Assembly: GCA_035534575.1 (NCBI GenBank)
Contig: DATLRT010000018.1
Location: 1,316 to 65,315 of the forward strand
Source of the DNA: Candidatus Acidiferrales bacterium
GTDB taxonomy: Archaea > Micrarchaeota > Micrarchaeia > Micrarchaeales > Micrarchaeaceae
Direction: 5' to 3'
DNA: 64,000 bases
The position numbers were made by a program, and so were the translations under genes. A model generated the notes under the pieces. It did no database searches. It was not told where the DNA came from and saw nothing but the letters and a program-made list of their open reading frames with translations. Positions within the stretch are counted from its first letter, which is position 1; each line of letters starts with the position of its first letter. Below are positions 47,502-56,200 of this stretch, in pieces.

Positions 47502-47873
47502 ATGGTAACTATCAGTGCAGAGACTGAAAGGGGAGCAAAGGTTGCTGAGCCTCCTAAGCATCTGATAAGAAGGGAGTTTAGACCCATGCAGATCACGATA
47601 AAGATGGGAAACCACGGTAGCTGCTACAAGGAGAACCATGCCGACTGCGGGATGGATCACATATTGGGTGACAAACTAAGGAAAGTCTGGACTGACATGA
47701 ACATATCACCAGTTATAATCACAGACAAGAACATCGTTACATTCAATATGTCGTTCAAGGGCAGGGAGACCAACAAGAATGAAGTTGATTTTAGGCTCTC
47801 CGATTTCTTCAGACATCATACGATAATGACTATGGAGTCAATGAAGATAAAGAGGGCTAAGGATGGAGTATAG
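47502..47873 (+). CDS. hypothetical protein (123 aa)
   Basis: ATG ~25 nt after a TTTTTAAGC box. His/Cys cluster GNHGSCYKENHADCGMDH. Confidence 0.5.
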   Translation: MVTISAETERGAKVAEPPKHLIRREFRPMQITIKMGNHGSCYKENHADCGMDHILGDKLRKVWTDMNISPVIITDKNIVTFNMSFKGRETNKNEVDFRLSDFFRHHTIMTMESMKIKRAKDGV

Positions 47874-47875
47874 CG

Positions 47876-48199
47876 TCAAATCCCAATTTCAAACTTCCAA
47901 TCAACCGGCCAGAGCGTCAGGTTAATCTTGTGCTTGAAACCGCTTTCTTCCTTCCAGGCGCTTAATTCTTTTTTTATGCCATTAAGCAACTTGTCCACAT
48001 TTTTTATCTTGCTTGAAGTTATTCTAACGTATACTTCTATTGGTGCGACCCCAACCTTTATCCTTGCGCTATTGGCGTACACAAAGACGTCGTCTATTTT
48101 TGTTAGCTTATGGACAATCTTCTTAGTTGCATTAGAAAGAGCAGTTATCTCCTTGTCGCTTACCTTTTTGTCATCGAATTCGATATTTATAGTAGGCAC
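47876..48199 (-). CDS. hypothetical protein, possible tautomerase-superfamily member
   Basis: Starts MPTINIEF (Met-Pro then a beta strand, as in 4-OT-like tautomerases), but at 107 aa it is longer than canonical 4-OT. Confidence 0.5.
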   Translation of the reverse strand: MPTINIEFDDKKVSDKEITALSNATKKIVHKLTKIDDVFVYANSARIKVGVAPIEVYVRITSSKIKNVDKLLNGIKKELSAWKEESGFKHKINLTLWPVDWKFEIGI

Positions 48200-48211
48200 G
48201 TTATTATCATC

Positions 48212-48955
48212 TCACTTCTTCCCGTATTCGTCGAATACCTTCTTGTAGGTCTCAAGGGTTCCGATGTCGTGCCAGTTGCCATGGAACACGAAGCCCTTGA
48301 CCTCTGTCTTCTTTATCAGCCACTCTATGAAGTTGCCCATACCGTCTGGGTTGTTCTTCTCCGAAAGGTACTCGCTGAAAGTGTTAAGCATCTCCTTGGG
48401 GATTAGGTACATTGCTATCCCGATGAGCGTGGACTTTGGGTGCTTGGGCTTCTCCACGAATGAGACCACCTTGTCGCCGACTATCTCGGCGTTGCCCATT
48501 CTCTTCGCGCCCTCAAGGTCTTTCATGTCGTAAAGGCCTATGGTGGGGTGTCTGTGCTTGCCGAAGTAGTCGAGTATCTCCTTGACGCTGAAGTCGTAGA
48601 GGTTGTCCCCCGCTATGATTATGAGATCCTCGTCAATCTTGGCCTGCTCTATGGCGTACTCTATACCCTTTATGGCCCCGAACTTCTCGTGGTTGCCGGT
48701 GGTGTGTTCTACCACCATCTGCACCGTTGCCTCGCTGCCGTCGAGCTGGTTCTTTGTCCAGTACTCGAACGCGTTGGAGAACTTGGCGTTGGTCGACAGC
48801 ACTATCTCCGTCACCCCCGAGCTCACGAGATCGTCGAGTATATACTCCACTATGGGCTTGCCGCCCACGCCTATGGGTAGCAGCGGCTTGGGTATGAAGT
48901 AGGTTATGGGTTCCAGTCTTGTGGCGAATCCGCCGCACAGGAGTAATGCTCGCAT
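48212..48955 (-). CDS. sugar-phosphate nucleotidyltransferase
   Basis: N-terminal LLCGGFATRLEPITYFIPKPLLPI (G-x-G-x-R-L motif). ATG at 48955. Confidence 0.88.
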   Translation of the reverse strand: MRALLLCGGFATRLEPITYFIPKPLLPIGVGGKPIVEYILDDLVSSGVTEIVLSTNAKFSNAFEYWTKNQLDGSEATVQMVVEHTTGNHEKFGAIKGIEYAIEQAKIDEDLIIIAGDNLYDFSVKEILDYFGKHRHPTIGLYDMKDLEGAKRMGNAEIVGDKVVSFVEKPKHPKSTLIGIAMYLIPKEMLNTFSEYLSEKNNPDGMGNFIEWLIKKTEVKGFVFHGNWHDIGTLETYKKVFDEYGKK

Positions 48956-49058
48956 ATCTTCACGGCTAAGCCTTATTTCCCACACTCAGGTGTAGGATAG
49001 TATTTGGGAATAGGCGTATTTAAGCTTAACGCAGCCTAATTCTATCGGGGGTTGTCTG

Positions 49059-50054
49059 ATGGCAGCGACTAAGGATAGGAGAATAGGCGGTCCAGACTTG
49101 GAGGTATCAAAGCTGGCCTTCGGGATGTACAGGACGAACACGAAGTCCGAGCCATTGGAGTCGATGGAGCTGGTAAAGGCCGCCTATGACAAGGGTATAA
49201 ACTTTTTCGCGACTTCGGATAACTATGGCACGGAGATGCTTTTGGGACGTGCCATACAGGAGCACAAGATCCCCAGGGATAAGATTGTCATAGCAACCAT
49301 GACCGGACTCCCTATAACGCAGCGCCACCAGGCGGAATTCGAGGTGAACACCTCGGGGAAGCGCATTGTGGCACAGGTGGAGAAGAGCCGCAAGCTCCTT
49401 GGAGTTGATACGATAGACCTGTACCAGACACATGCGCACGATGGCAATACGCCGATGCTGGATATAATCACGGTGATGAATAGACTTATCGAGGAAAAGG
49501 CAATAAGGAATTACGGTTTCTCGAACTACACGACAAACAACATAATAGAGGGAATAAGGATATGCAAGGAGAACGGTTTCAGGGAGCCCGTATCGCTCCA
49601 GAACTGGTACAACCTCATGGGGTGGCGCAGCGAGGACTCGGTGAAGACCGCCATGGGAAGCGGAATGACGCTGCTAGCCTACAGCCCACTGGCAAACGGC
49701 TTCCTTACCCATGATAGCGTGCAGGCAAGCCGGGTGCTGGACAAGTTGGCCACGGAGAAGAACGCGATAGAGTCAGTGAGGCTGGAGAATGACATACGGA
49801 AGGAGCTGAGGAAGCTGGACGACATGGCCGTCAACGAGGGCAGGAACATCCAGCAGCTGTCGCTCGCCTGGCTCATGGGCAGGGAGAATACGGTGCCGAT
49901 GCTAGGCGCCTACACCAGGGAACATCTCGACGACTTGGCGCAATCGATGGACTGGGTGCTCCGCACGGAGCAGGTCGACTTCATAGAGAGGGTCAGGAAC
50001 AAGATACATAAGATTTATGGGGAGCTCGTCAATGCGGTCAATGGCTCGGGGTAG
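49059..50054 (+). CDS. aldo/keto reductase
   Basis: FFATSDNYG, IDLYQTH, GFSNY and LAWL blocks. Confidence 0.85.
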   Translation: MAATKDRRIGGPDLEVSKLAFGMYRTNTKSEPLESMELVKAAYDKGINFFATSDNYGTEMLLGRAIQEHKIPRDKIVIATMTGLPITQRHQAEFEVNTSGKRIVAQVEKSRKLLGVDTIDLYQTHAHDGNTPMLDIITVMNRLIEEKAIRNYGFSNYTTNNIIEGIRICKENGFREPVSLQNWYNLMGWRSEDSVKTAMGSGMTLLAYSPLANGFLTHDSVQASRVLDKLATEKNAIESVRLENDIRKELRKLDDMAVNEGRNIQQLSLAWLMGRENTVPMLGAYTREHLDDLAQSMDWVLRTEQVDFIERVRNKIHKIYGELVNAVNGSG

Positions 50055-50113
50055 CCTGACGCCGCTGAAAAGGTAGTTGGGAAAGGCGTATAAGCTTAAA
50101 AAAAGACAATTAT

Positions 50114-51625
50114 GTGGTGAACAAGGTGGGAAAGATTACCGTTGCAAACAAGCCGTCCGGCAAGCTCCATTCATTCAGGGCACGCCCCAAGAGCGCCATG
50201 GGTGGCATATTTCCGGCGCTTTACGCTATGCAGTTCGCGGCAACGGCAGAGATGAAGAGGGAGTACGGCTTGAGGGCCCACGCTACGGTAGAGACCTGGG
50301 TAGGCGACGACCTGATAGCGGCGATTGACAATGAGGAAGATTTCAAGGCGATGGGAAGGTCGCTGGTCAAGAGGGCACTGGACGATCCCAAGTGGCTTGA
50401 CAGCAGGATAGAGTGGTGCGAGGGGCAGAAGGACTCGCTCATTGAGGCGCTTGAGGGCAAACTGCCAAGGGAAAAGCTGCAGAAGGCGTCAAACGCCGCG
50501 ATAGCCGAGGCGTATGGGGTGTACGTCGACAGGTATGCCACTTTCCACCTGAAGAATATGCCGATGTGGTGGTTCGGGGGCGAGGAGCTTGAGACCGAGC
50601 TCGCTGCTTGCATTGAAAAGGGAACAATGTCGAAGGAGGAGCTGGCGTTCCTTCTGGACTCCGCTGAGTACGTGACCGAGTCAGCCGATGAGGAGATGGA
50701 TATCCTCGCGATTGCGGCGCTGATGAAGAAGAAGGGCGGCAAGGACAAAATCAAGAAGATGATAAAGGAGCACACGCACAAGTACTTCCACATACCGTTC
50801 GGCTACTGCAACGGCGTAGTCTGGAACGAGGCGCACTTTGAGGAGAGGGCGAGGAAGATGGCCTCCGAGATGAAGGATCCCGCAGCGGAAAGAGCCAAGA
50901 GGACCAAGGAGTTCAAGGACAAGGCGATAAAGCAGAGGGCCCTGATGAAGAAGTTGGGGCTGGACAAGAGAACTGTAGGCATGATAGAGGCAACCCACAA
51001 GTCACGATACCTGCAGGACCTGAAAAAGACCGTGCAGACAAGGGGGCACCCGTATTACCATGTAGTGATTGGGGAGATGGCGAAGAGGCTGGGTGTGGAC
51101 AAACCACTTATGCAGCTGATGTCAGAGCCGGAGATACGGAAGAGCCTGCTTGACGGCAAGATCGCGAAGCCGCTGATGAGCGAGCTCAAGATGAGGAATG
51201 GCGACTCCGTATGCATCACCCAGGACGATGGGTACACGTGGAAGCTGGGAAAAGAAGCGGTAGGGTACTGCAAAGACACCAAGCTGACCATATCCGAAGA
51301 GGAGGTAAAGGAGATAACAGGGAGCCCGGCTTCCGGAGGGAAGGTAAGGGGAACTGTGCGGGTCTGCCTGACGTCCAATGACATAGGCAAGATTAAGGAG
51401 GGCGACATACTGGTCACGGCAATGACGACGCCAGACTTCGTCCCAGCGATGAAGATAGTTGGAGCGATAGTTACTGACGAAGGAGGGATACTCTGCCATG
51501 CAGCGATAATAAGCAGGGAGATGAACAAGCCCTGCGTTATAGGCACCAAGAACGCGACCAAGGTGCTCAAGGATGGCATGATGGTTGAGGTGGACGCTGA
51601 CAAGGGCAAAATCAGCATACTCTAA
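50114..51625 (+). CDS. PEP-utilising-enzyme mobile (phosphohistidine swivel) domain protein with uncharacterised N-terminal region
   Basis: C-terminal ~80 aa: GDILVTAMTTPDFVPAMKIVGAIVTDEGGILCHAAIISREMNKPCVIG. No ATP-grasp or PEP-binding barrel motifs seen in the preceding ~400 aa. Confidence 0.75.
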   Translation: MVNKVGKITVANKPSGKLHSFRARPKSAMGGIFPALYAMQFAATAEMKREYGLRAHATVETWVGDDLIAAIDNEEDFKAMGRSLVKRALDDPKWLDSRIEWCEGQKDSLIEALEGKLPREKLQKASNAAIAEAYGVYVDRYATFHLKNMPMWWFGGEELETELAACIEKGTMSKEELAFLLDSAEYVTESADEEMDILAIAALMKKKGGKDKIKKMIKEHTHKYFHIPFGYCNGVVWNEAHFEERARKMASEMKDPAAERAKRTKEFKDKAIKQRALMKKLGLDKRTVGMIEATHKSRYLQDLKKTVQTRGHPYYHVVIGEMAKRLGVDKPLMQLMSEPEIRKSLLDGKIAKPLMSELKMRNGDSVCITQDDGYTWKLGKEAVGYCKDTKLTISEEEVKEITGSPASGGKVRGTVRVCLTSNDIGKIKEGDILVTAMTTPDFVPAMKIVGAIVTDEGGILCHAAIISREMNKPCVIGTKNATKVLKDGMMVEVDADKGKISIL

Positions 51626-51793
51626 CTTTTCAGTTGCGAGAGCCAAGGCGGGTGAGTTGGATCAGCGTATTTAAAGCTGACGCAGATGATTCGGGCAGGG
51701 TAGGAGTTAAATACATAGTTAGAAGGTATCACGCGAAGCGTAAAACGCACAGGCTTTTTATGCCTTGGTTTCGGAGTTTATCTGGTGGTACCA

Positions 51794-51961
51794 ATGGCAG
51801 ACAAAGTAGGAATGATGTGCAGCTGTGGCATGGAAATGAAGGCTCCTAAGGAGCAGGAGAATGCGCTGATAGCAGCGATAAAGTTCCACGCTAAGAGCAG
51901 CCACAACATGGCAGCCCTCAAGGACGAGGACGTGAAGAAGCAGTTAAAGGTAATGAAGTAA
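51794..51961 (+). CDS. small DUF1059-like protein (55 aa)
   Basis: Not in ORF track. MADKVGMMCSCGMEMKAPKEQENALIAAIKFHAKSSHNMAALKDEDVKKQLKVMK. CxC...H...H pattern; a T-rich tract follows. Confidence 0.55.
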   Translation: MADKVGMMCSCGMEMKAPKEQENALIAAIKFHAKSSHNMAALKDEDVKKQLKVMK

Positions 51962-51965
51962 TACC

Positions 51966-51996
51966 TCTTTTAATATTTTTCCCTTTTTTTCTCCTT
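51966..51996 (+). terminator. T-rich termination tract
   Basis: cttttaatatttttcccttttttctcctttc lies directly after the stop at 51961. Confidence 0.35.
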
Positions 51997-52026
51997 TCAT
52001 ATTTAAGTTAAGTGTACTGAAACGGT

Positions 52027-52398
52027 TTATTTCCTTTTTCTGATGATTCCGCCCATCAATCCACCTATTGCACCCATTAAACCTACGAAGGTCCAGTAAA
52101 CAACTAGCCAGCTTACAAAAATAGAGATAAAACCAGTAAGACTGTTATTAATTAGATTGCTGATTAAAGTCGTGCTAAATAGTGCTAAATATACACCTAC
52201 GAATCCTACAACGGATCCACGTAGTGCACCTTTAGCAATCAGACCTGCAATTAATCCAGTAACGATGCTATATAAGTAAAAAACTAAAGGTGTCTGAAGG
52301 ATATAGATATGATTCAATGTGGGGATATTTGTCCCTACTGCCTCTACTATAAAACCAATTACTATTGCTAATATAAATATTTTATAATCTTTCGGCAT
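52027..52398 (-). CDS. small integral membrane protein
   Basis: Four TM helices, AT-rich codon use, ATG at 52398. Confidence 0.55.
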   Translation of the reverse strand: MPKDYKIFILAIVIGFIVEAVGTNIPTLNHIYILQTPLVFYLYSIVTGLIAGLIAKGALRGSVVGFVGVYLALFSTTLISNLINNSLTGFISIFVSWLVVYWTFVGLMGAIGGLMGGIIRKRK

Positions 52399-52434
52399 AT
52401 CTTCAGCCACCAGCTTGGAAACTATACGGTGATG

Positions 52435-52950
52435 TCATCGTGCTGCGAGAGTCCTGTAGATGCCCCTGTAGAGCGCAAACACTGTCACGATGAGAAGCGC
52501 GAGCATTACTAGGATGAATGCCAGTAATGGCGTTGCCGATGAACTTGAACTGCTAGGAGAGAGCACGAGGTAGACGACTCCGGCGTATATTATCGACAGG
52601 TATAGCATTGCGACACACCAGACGGTGAAGATCTTGGTTATGACCTTGCCGTGCACCGCGGCGCTTTTCTCCATGCCGAGCCTGTAGACGAACGAGGGCA
52701 GGTTCAGCATATAGGGATACCTTTCCAGCAATGCGTACCTAAAATGAATTACCAGAAACACGAACGCGATGACAGCAGTATAAATGAAGGGCAGTGAGAG
52801 AAGCTTTGGGTCAGACAGCGTCGGATAGCGGTATATAGCGCCCAGCCACATCGCTAGGTTTATGAACAATGTGATGAGAATTGCCGCCTTTGCGCTTTTT
52901 TCAAGTGGCATGCGCGTAATCTTCATCGGCTTGATCTTTGAAGTTGCCAT
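52435..52950 (-). CDS. integral membrane protein
   Basis: Four TM helices. The ORF-track start (53001) overlaps tRNA-Glu, so it is trimmed to ATG 52950 (alternative 52986). Confidence 0.55.
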   Translation of the reverse strand: MATSKIKPMKITRMPLEKSAKAAILITLFINLAMWLGAIYRYPTLSDPKLLSLPFIYTAVIAFVFLVIHFRYALLERYPYMLNLPSFVYRLGMEKSAAVHGKVITKIFTVWCVAMLYLSIIYAGVVYLVLSPSSSSSSATPLLAFILVMLALLIVTVFALYRGIYRTLAAR

Positions 52951-52992
52951 ATTCAGACCTGGAAGTGAAAATATAATAAACAGCATGAAAAG

Positions 52993-53067
52993 TGCTCCCA
53001 CCGGGATTTGAACCCGGGTTACTGGCTTGAGAAGCCAATGTCCTTGGCCGGACTAGACGATAGGAGC
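52993..53067 (-). tRNA. tRNA-Glu (anticodon CUC)
   Basis: Acceptor GCTCCTA/TGGGAGC, D arm GTCT-AGTCCGGCCA-AGGAC region, anticodon arm TTGGC-TTCTCAA-GCCAG, T arm CCGGG-TTCAAAT-CCCGG, discriminator A. Confidence 0.9.
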
Positions 53068-53130
53068 CCGTGCTGAAAGTTACATCTATACTTTGAAGGA
53101 CAACGTATTTATAAGTGCAGAGAATTGGGG

Positions 53131-53934
53131 TCAGTGCCTGTTCCTCCTGTGCATCCTGTAGAGCTTGTCCATCCTCACGCTATCGAGGTTTATCCTCTCA
53201 GACATGAAGCTTACCAGCCCTATCTCAGTCTGTGCCGAGAAGTTGACCGCGTCGTCCACGAACTCGCCCTTTACCTGGTCGTACATTGCCGCGTCGATGA
53301 GCCCCATGTCAATGGACTTTACGACCTCGTCCATCCTCGACATTATCCTTGAGAAGCTCTTTAGCATATGGTCAGGCACGGACTTTATCGCCATGTTCTG
53401 CTCAAGCAGCGCCACGTGCAGCGCCGACTTGCTCGAGTCGTAGAGGACCTTGAACGATGACCTGTAGAGCCTGTTCGCCAGCGTGTTTATCACGTTGCTC
53501 TTCTGCTCCTTCAGCTCCGCGTTGATTGCGGGTATCATCAGCAGGTTCTCCTCCGGCTTGATCTCCTTCGAGAGCCTCATGCGACTGACCTTTCCTATGT
53601 AGTCGGCCCTCTCCGCCGGCGTGAGTGCGTAGAAGAGGTTGACGTAATTGGCGGTCGCGCCCCTTATGTGCTTGTAAATCGTGTTCGGGTCCGGCTCCTC
53701 GTTGGAGTCCAGCCCCTTGGCTATCTCGTGTATTATCCTCTCGTGCTGCGAAAGCTTCTTCAGGTGCAAGGTTGTGACCTGCGCCTTGCTTATGCCAATC
53801 TTCGCCCTTGCGTGCGACATCGCGTACAGGAGCGACTTGAACGGAAGCGCGTTAGACTTCGCCTTGATCTCTATAGTGAGTGCCCTGTCTACTACCCTTG
53901 ATCTTGACCTGGACGCCTCCAATACATCACTCAC
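53131..53934 (-). CDS. hypothetical helical protein (267 aa)
   Basis: Long ORF with typical codon use and a basic C-terminus RMHRRNRH. No motif recognised. Confidence 0.6.
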   Translation of the reverse strand: MSDVLEASRSRSRVVDRALTIEIKAKSNALPFKSLLYAMSHARAKIGISKAQVTTLHLKKLSQHERIIHEIAKGLDSNEEPDPNTIYKHIRGATANYVNLFYALTPAERADYIGKVSRMRLSKEIKPEENLLMIPAINAELKEQKSNVINTLANRLYRSSFKVLYDSSKSALHVALLEQNMAIKSVPDHMLKSFSRIMSRMDEVVKSIDMGLIDAAMYDQVKGEFVDDAVNFSAQTEIGLVSFMSERINLDSVRMDKLYRMHRRNRH

Positions 53935-54022
53935 GCTACAGCTTGCAATTCCGGTTCTCCAATCGGATAGGATATACTACTTTCGTAAGCCTTAATAAGG
54001 TTGGCTATTAGGGGAAGGTTTG

Positions 54023-54388
54023 TCATCGGCTCTTATAGCCCAGTATCTTGTCGTATCCTTTGTGGTCTATCAGGTAAAGGACTATCGCAACCACCTCGAC
54101 CTCGTTGCCCCTTAGCGTGTAAAGCAGCCGCCAGTAGCTCGTAAGCTCGACCCTGAAAAGATTTCCGACATCCAGGCCGTGCGGAATCAGCCGCTTCGGT
54201 ATATTGTTTCCGTATAAGGGGTTGGCCTTGATCAGGACGACCTTCTGGGTTATGGACTTGAGCAGCCGCATCTCTTCCGAGTTCTTGACCTTCTTGGCTG
54301 CCTGGTCGCCCACAACCTTGTTGAGCATCTCAAGCTCCATTTTGGCCTGGTCCAAGAAGATGACTCTTGTGGGCCTTTTATCAGTCAT
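54023..54388 (-). CDS. RelE/ParE-superfamily toxin-like protein
   Basis: C-terminal LFRVELTSYWRLLYTLRGNEVEVVAIVLYLIDHKGYDK matches the RelE/ParE core pattern. ATG 54388 overlaps the upstream stop (ATGA). Confidence 0.65.
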   Translation of the reverse strand: MTDKRPTRVIFLDQAKMELEMLNKVVGDQAAKKVKNSEEMRLLKSITQKVVLIKANPLYGNNIPKRLIPHGLDVGNLFRVELTSYWRLLYTLRGNEVEVVAIVLYLIDHKGYDKILGYKSR

Positions 54389-54660
54389 AGTTCCAACCCT
54401 CCCTTGATCAGTCGGCTTAAATCTCCACGCGGCGTGTAGACCCAAAGGACCCCTTTTGTGCCTATTACAATCTTGCCGCTCCTCTGGAGGTAGTCTAGAA
54501 TTTCCAACAGTGTAGAGTGCATCACCTTCCTAGGCAACCTGCGCTTCAGTTCTGCGACCTTCAGCACTTCTCCGGCATCCATCAGCGTTTTCTCCACCAT
54601 TAGAACAGTTGCTAGGCGAGGGGAGTGGAGCGCCTCGACCTGTTTTGCCCTTATTGACAT
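54385..54660 (-). CDS. winged-helix protein, putative cognate antitoxin
   Basis: 91 aa from ATG 54660: VAELKRRLPRKVMHSTLLEILDYLQRSGKIVIG. Translationally coupled to the toxin-like gene. Confidence 0.55.
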   Translation of the reverse strand: MSIRAKQVEALHSPRLATVLMVEKTLMDAGEVLKVAELKRRLPRKVMHSTLLEILDYLQRSGKIVIGTKGVLWVYTPRGDLSRLIKGGLEL

Positions 54661-54773
54661 GATATTATTTGGTATGATTAGATATATAAATATATCTTTT
54701 AGATATAATTGTATGCCATATATCATAAGCTATTTGCTTTTGAATTCAGCCATGCCGAGTAAAAAGATGCCAG

Positions 54774-54977
54774 CTAAAGGCAGTTGGACAAATCTGCCTT
54801 GGAGATGCCCGCCTGCTTCAGGTTGTCCTTGACCATGCTTTCCACAGTCAGTTCTATGGCCTCCTTTAGGTTCTTCTTAAGATCATTAAGGCTGTCTCCC
54901 TGGTCTACAATGTGAAGGCTAGGTATCTCGGCTATGTAGGAATCGTCCTCCTTCCATACCTTGATGAATTTCTGCAT
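54774..54977 (-). CDS. HicB-like (UPF0150) antitoxin-fold protein, orphan
   Basis: MQKFIKVWKEDDSYIAEIPSLHIVDQGDSLNDLKKNLKEAIELTVE is the HicB N-terminal domain pattern. No adjacent hicA. Confidence 0.65.
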   Translation of the reverse strand: MQKFIKVWKEDDSYIAEIPSLHIVDQGDSLNDLKKNLKEAIELTVESMVKDNLKQAGISKADLSNCL

Positions 54978-55007
54978 GATTAGGTTACGCCAGTCAGATA
55001 TAATAAA

Positions 55008-56048
55008 TTAACCCTGAAGGGTGCCAAGCGCGTAGTCTATCGAGTAGTTGAGCGTCTGCGGTATGGTGCCGTACTTGCAGTTGACCACGAACCCCGGGCT
55101 GTACTGCAGGTTGTACAGGTTTGCGAGCTGGAGCTGGTAGTTGAGCGACTCCCCGACGTTAGCCAGGCAGCTGTTGAGCTGCGTTGTGTTGATCTTCGAT
55201 GCCGTGGCTATCTCGTAAAGCGTCGTGTTGCTTATGGGCGTGCCCTGGAACACCTGGCTTATGTTGGCCGCATAACCAGGGAAGGCGCTCTGCCTTGATG
55301 CGCAGGCAAGGTACTGGCCCAGCGCCTGCGTCTGCTGCACACCGAAGCTGGAGTAGAACCTCGTGGAGGGCTGGCCGAAGACGAAGTAGTAGCTCATGTT
55401 GACCTGGCCCGCGTGAGCCTGAATCTGGTTGGCGGCGGTTGATATGGCGCTGAACGCCCCGGGTGAGTACGGGTCGGTTATCATGTACACAGGTATTGGT
55501 GCAGCGCTCTGGCAGGCTGTCCTTCCCGATATGCTGACCGAGCCCAATCCCGCGACGCTGTTGTTGGTGAACGTCACCGGCGGAATCATCTGTGTGTAAG
55601 GCGTGGCGAGTGAGAGGTTTGAATCGTAAAGGCTGAAGGTAACCCTGAATATCTTGAGCTTGGAGACCGGGTCAATGTAGGGCACGGACACGTACCACTG
55701 CCTCTGGCCCGTATTGTAGCTGACGCTTGACTGGTTGACCAGCACGTAGTACGGCAAAAGGGATATTGAGCTGTTCAGGCTGCCGTATGCCGCTATAATC
55801 TTTTCAGCACCGAGAAGCGCCTGGCTCGAGTTGTGCACCGGAGTCACGCATGTGCCGTTCATCGAGCCGTACTGGCATGATGAAGAAGATGGCGCGCCAG
55901 GCTTGAACGCGGATATGCCGAAAGCCAGCGCGGCAAGCGCTATCACCAGCACTATGAGCGATATGTGCAGGTAGTCGAGGCCCAGGTTCTGCCTGACCGG
56001 CCTGACTATGAACACAGGCTCCTTCTTCATCTTCTTTGTGCTTGCCAT
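55008..56048 (-). CDS. membrane-anchored secreted protein, C-terminal region DsbA/thioredoxin-fold-like (tentative)
   Basis: MASTKKMKKEP, TM ISLIVLVIALAALAF, sequon-rich ectodomain with conserved Cys. The ORF-track start 56099 runs into the tRNA-Arg 3' exon, so it is trimmed to ATG 56048. Confidence 0.6.
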   Translation of the reverse strand: MASTKKMKKEPVFIVRPVRQNLGLDYLHISLIVLVIALAALAFGISAFKPGAPSSSSCQYGSMNGTCVTPVHNSSQALLGAEKIIAAYGSLNSSISLLPYYVLVNQSSVSYNTGQRQWYVSVPYIDPVSKLKIFRVTFSLYDSNLSLATPYTQMIPPVTFTNNSVAGLGSVSISGRTACQSAAPIPVYMITDPYSPGAFSAISTAANQIQAHAGQVNMSYYFVFGQPSTRFYSSFGVQQTQALGQYLACASRQSAFPGYAANISQVFQGTPISNTTLYEIATASKINTTQLNSCLANVGESLNYQLQLANLYNLQYSPGFVVNCKYGTIPQTLNYSIDYALGTLQG

Positions 56049-56061
56049 GTTAATCACGAAG

Positions 56062-56176
56062 CGGGCTCGGGGGGATTTCCATAAGGGGTTTAAGAACAAA
56101 TCCTTAAAAACCTATTTTGAACCCCCGACCTTCGTCTTAGGAGGACGTCGCTCTATCCAAGCTGAGCTACGAGCCC
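56062..56176 (-). tRNA. tRNA-Arg (anticodon CCU) with a 40-nt intron in the T-loop
   Basis: Acceptor GGGCTCG/CGAGCCC (perfect), D arm GCTC-AGCTTGGATA-GAGC, anticodon arm ACGTC-CTCCTAA-GACGA, T stem GGGGG/CCCCC separated by 47 nt instead of 7. Confidence 0.8.
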
Positions 56177-56200
56177 ACTGTAGGTTTATGCTCGGTGAAG

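Noticed and set aside
52951-53001. N-terminal extension of ORF 52435-53001
   Set aside because: It overlaps the 3' end of tRNA-Glu (52993-53067) on the same strand. Downstream ATGs are available.
56049-56099. N-terminal extension of ORF 55008-56099 (MFLNPLWKSPRARFVIN)
   Set aside because: It overlaps the 3' exon and acceptor stem of tRNA-Arg. An internal ATG at 56048 gives a normal basic N-terminus plus a TM.
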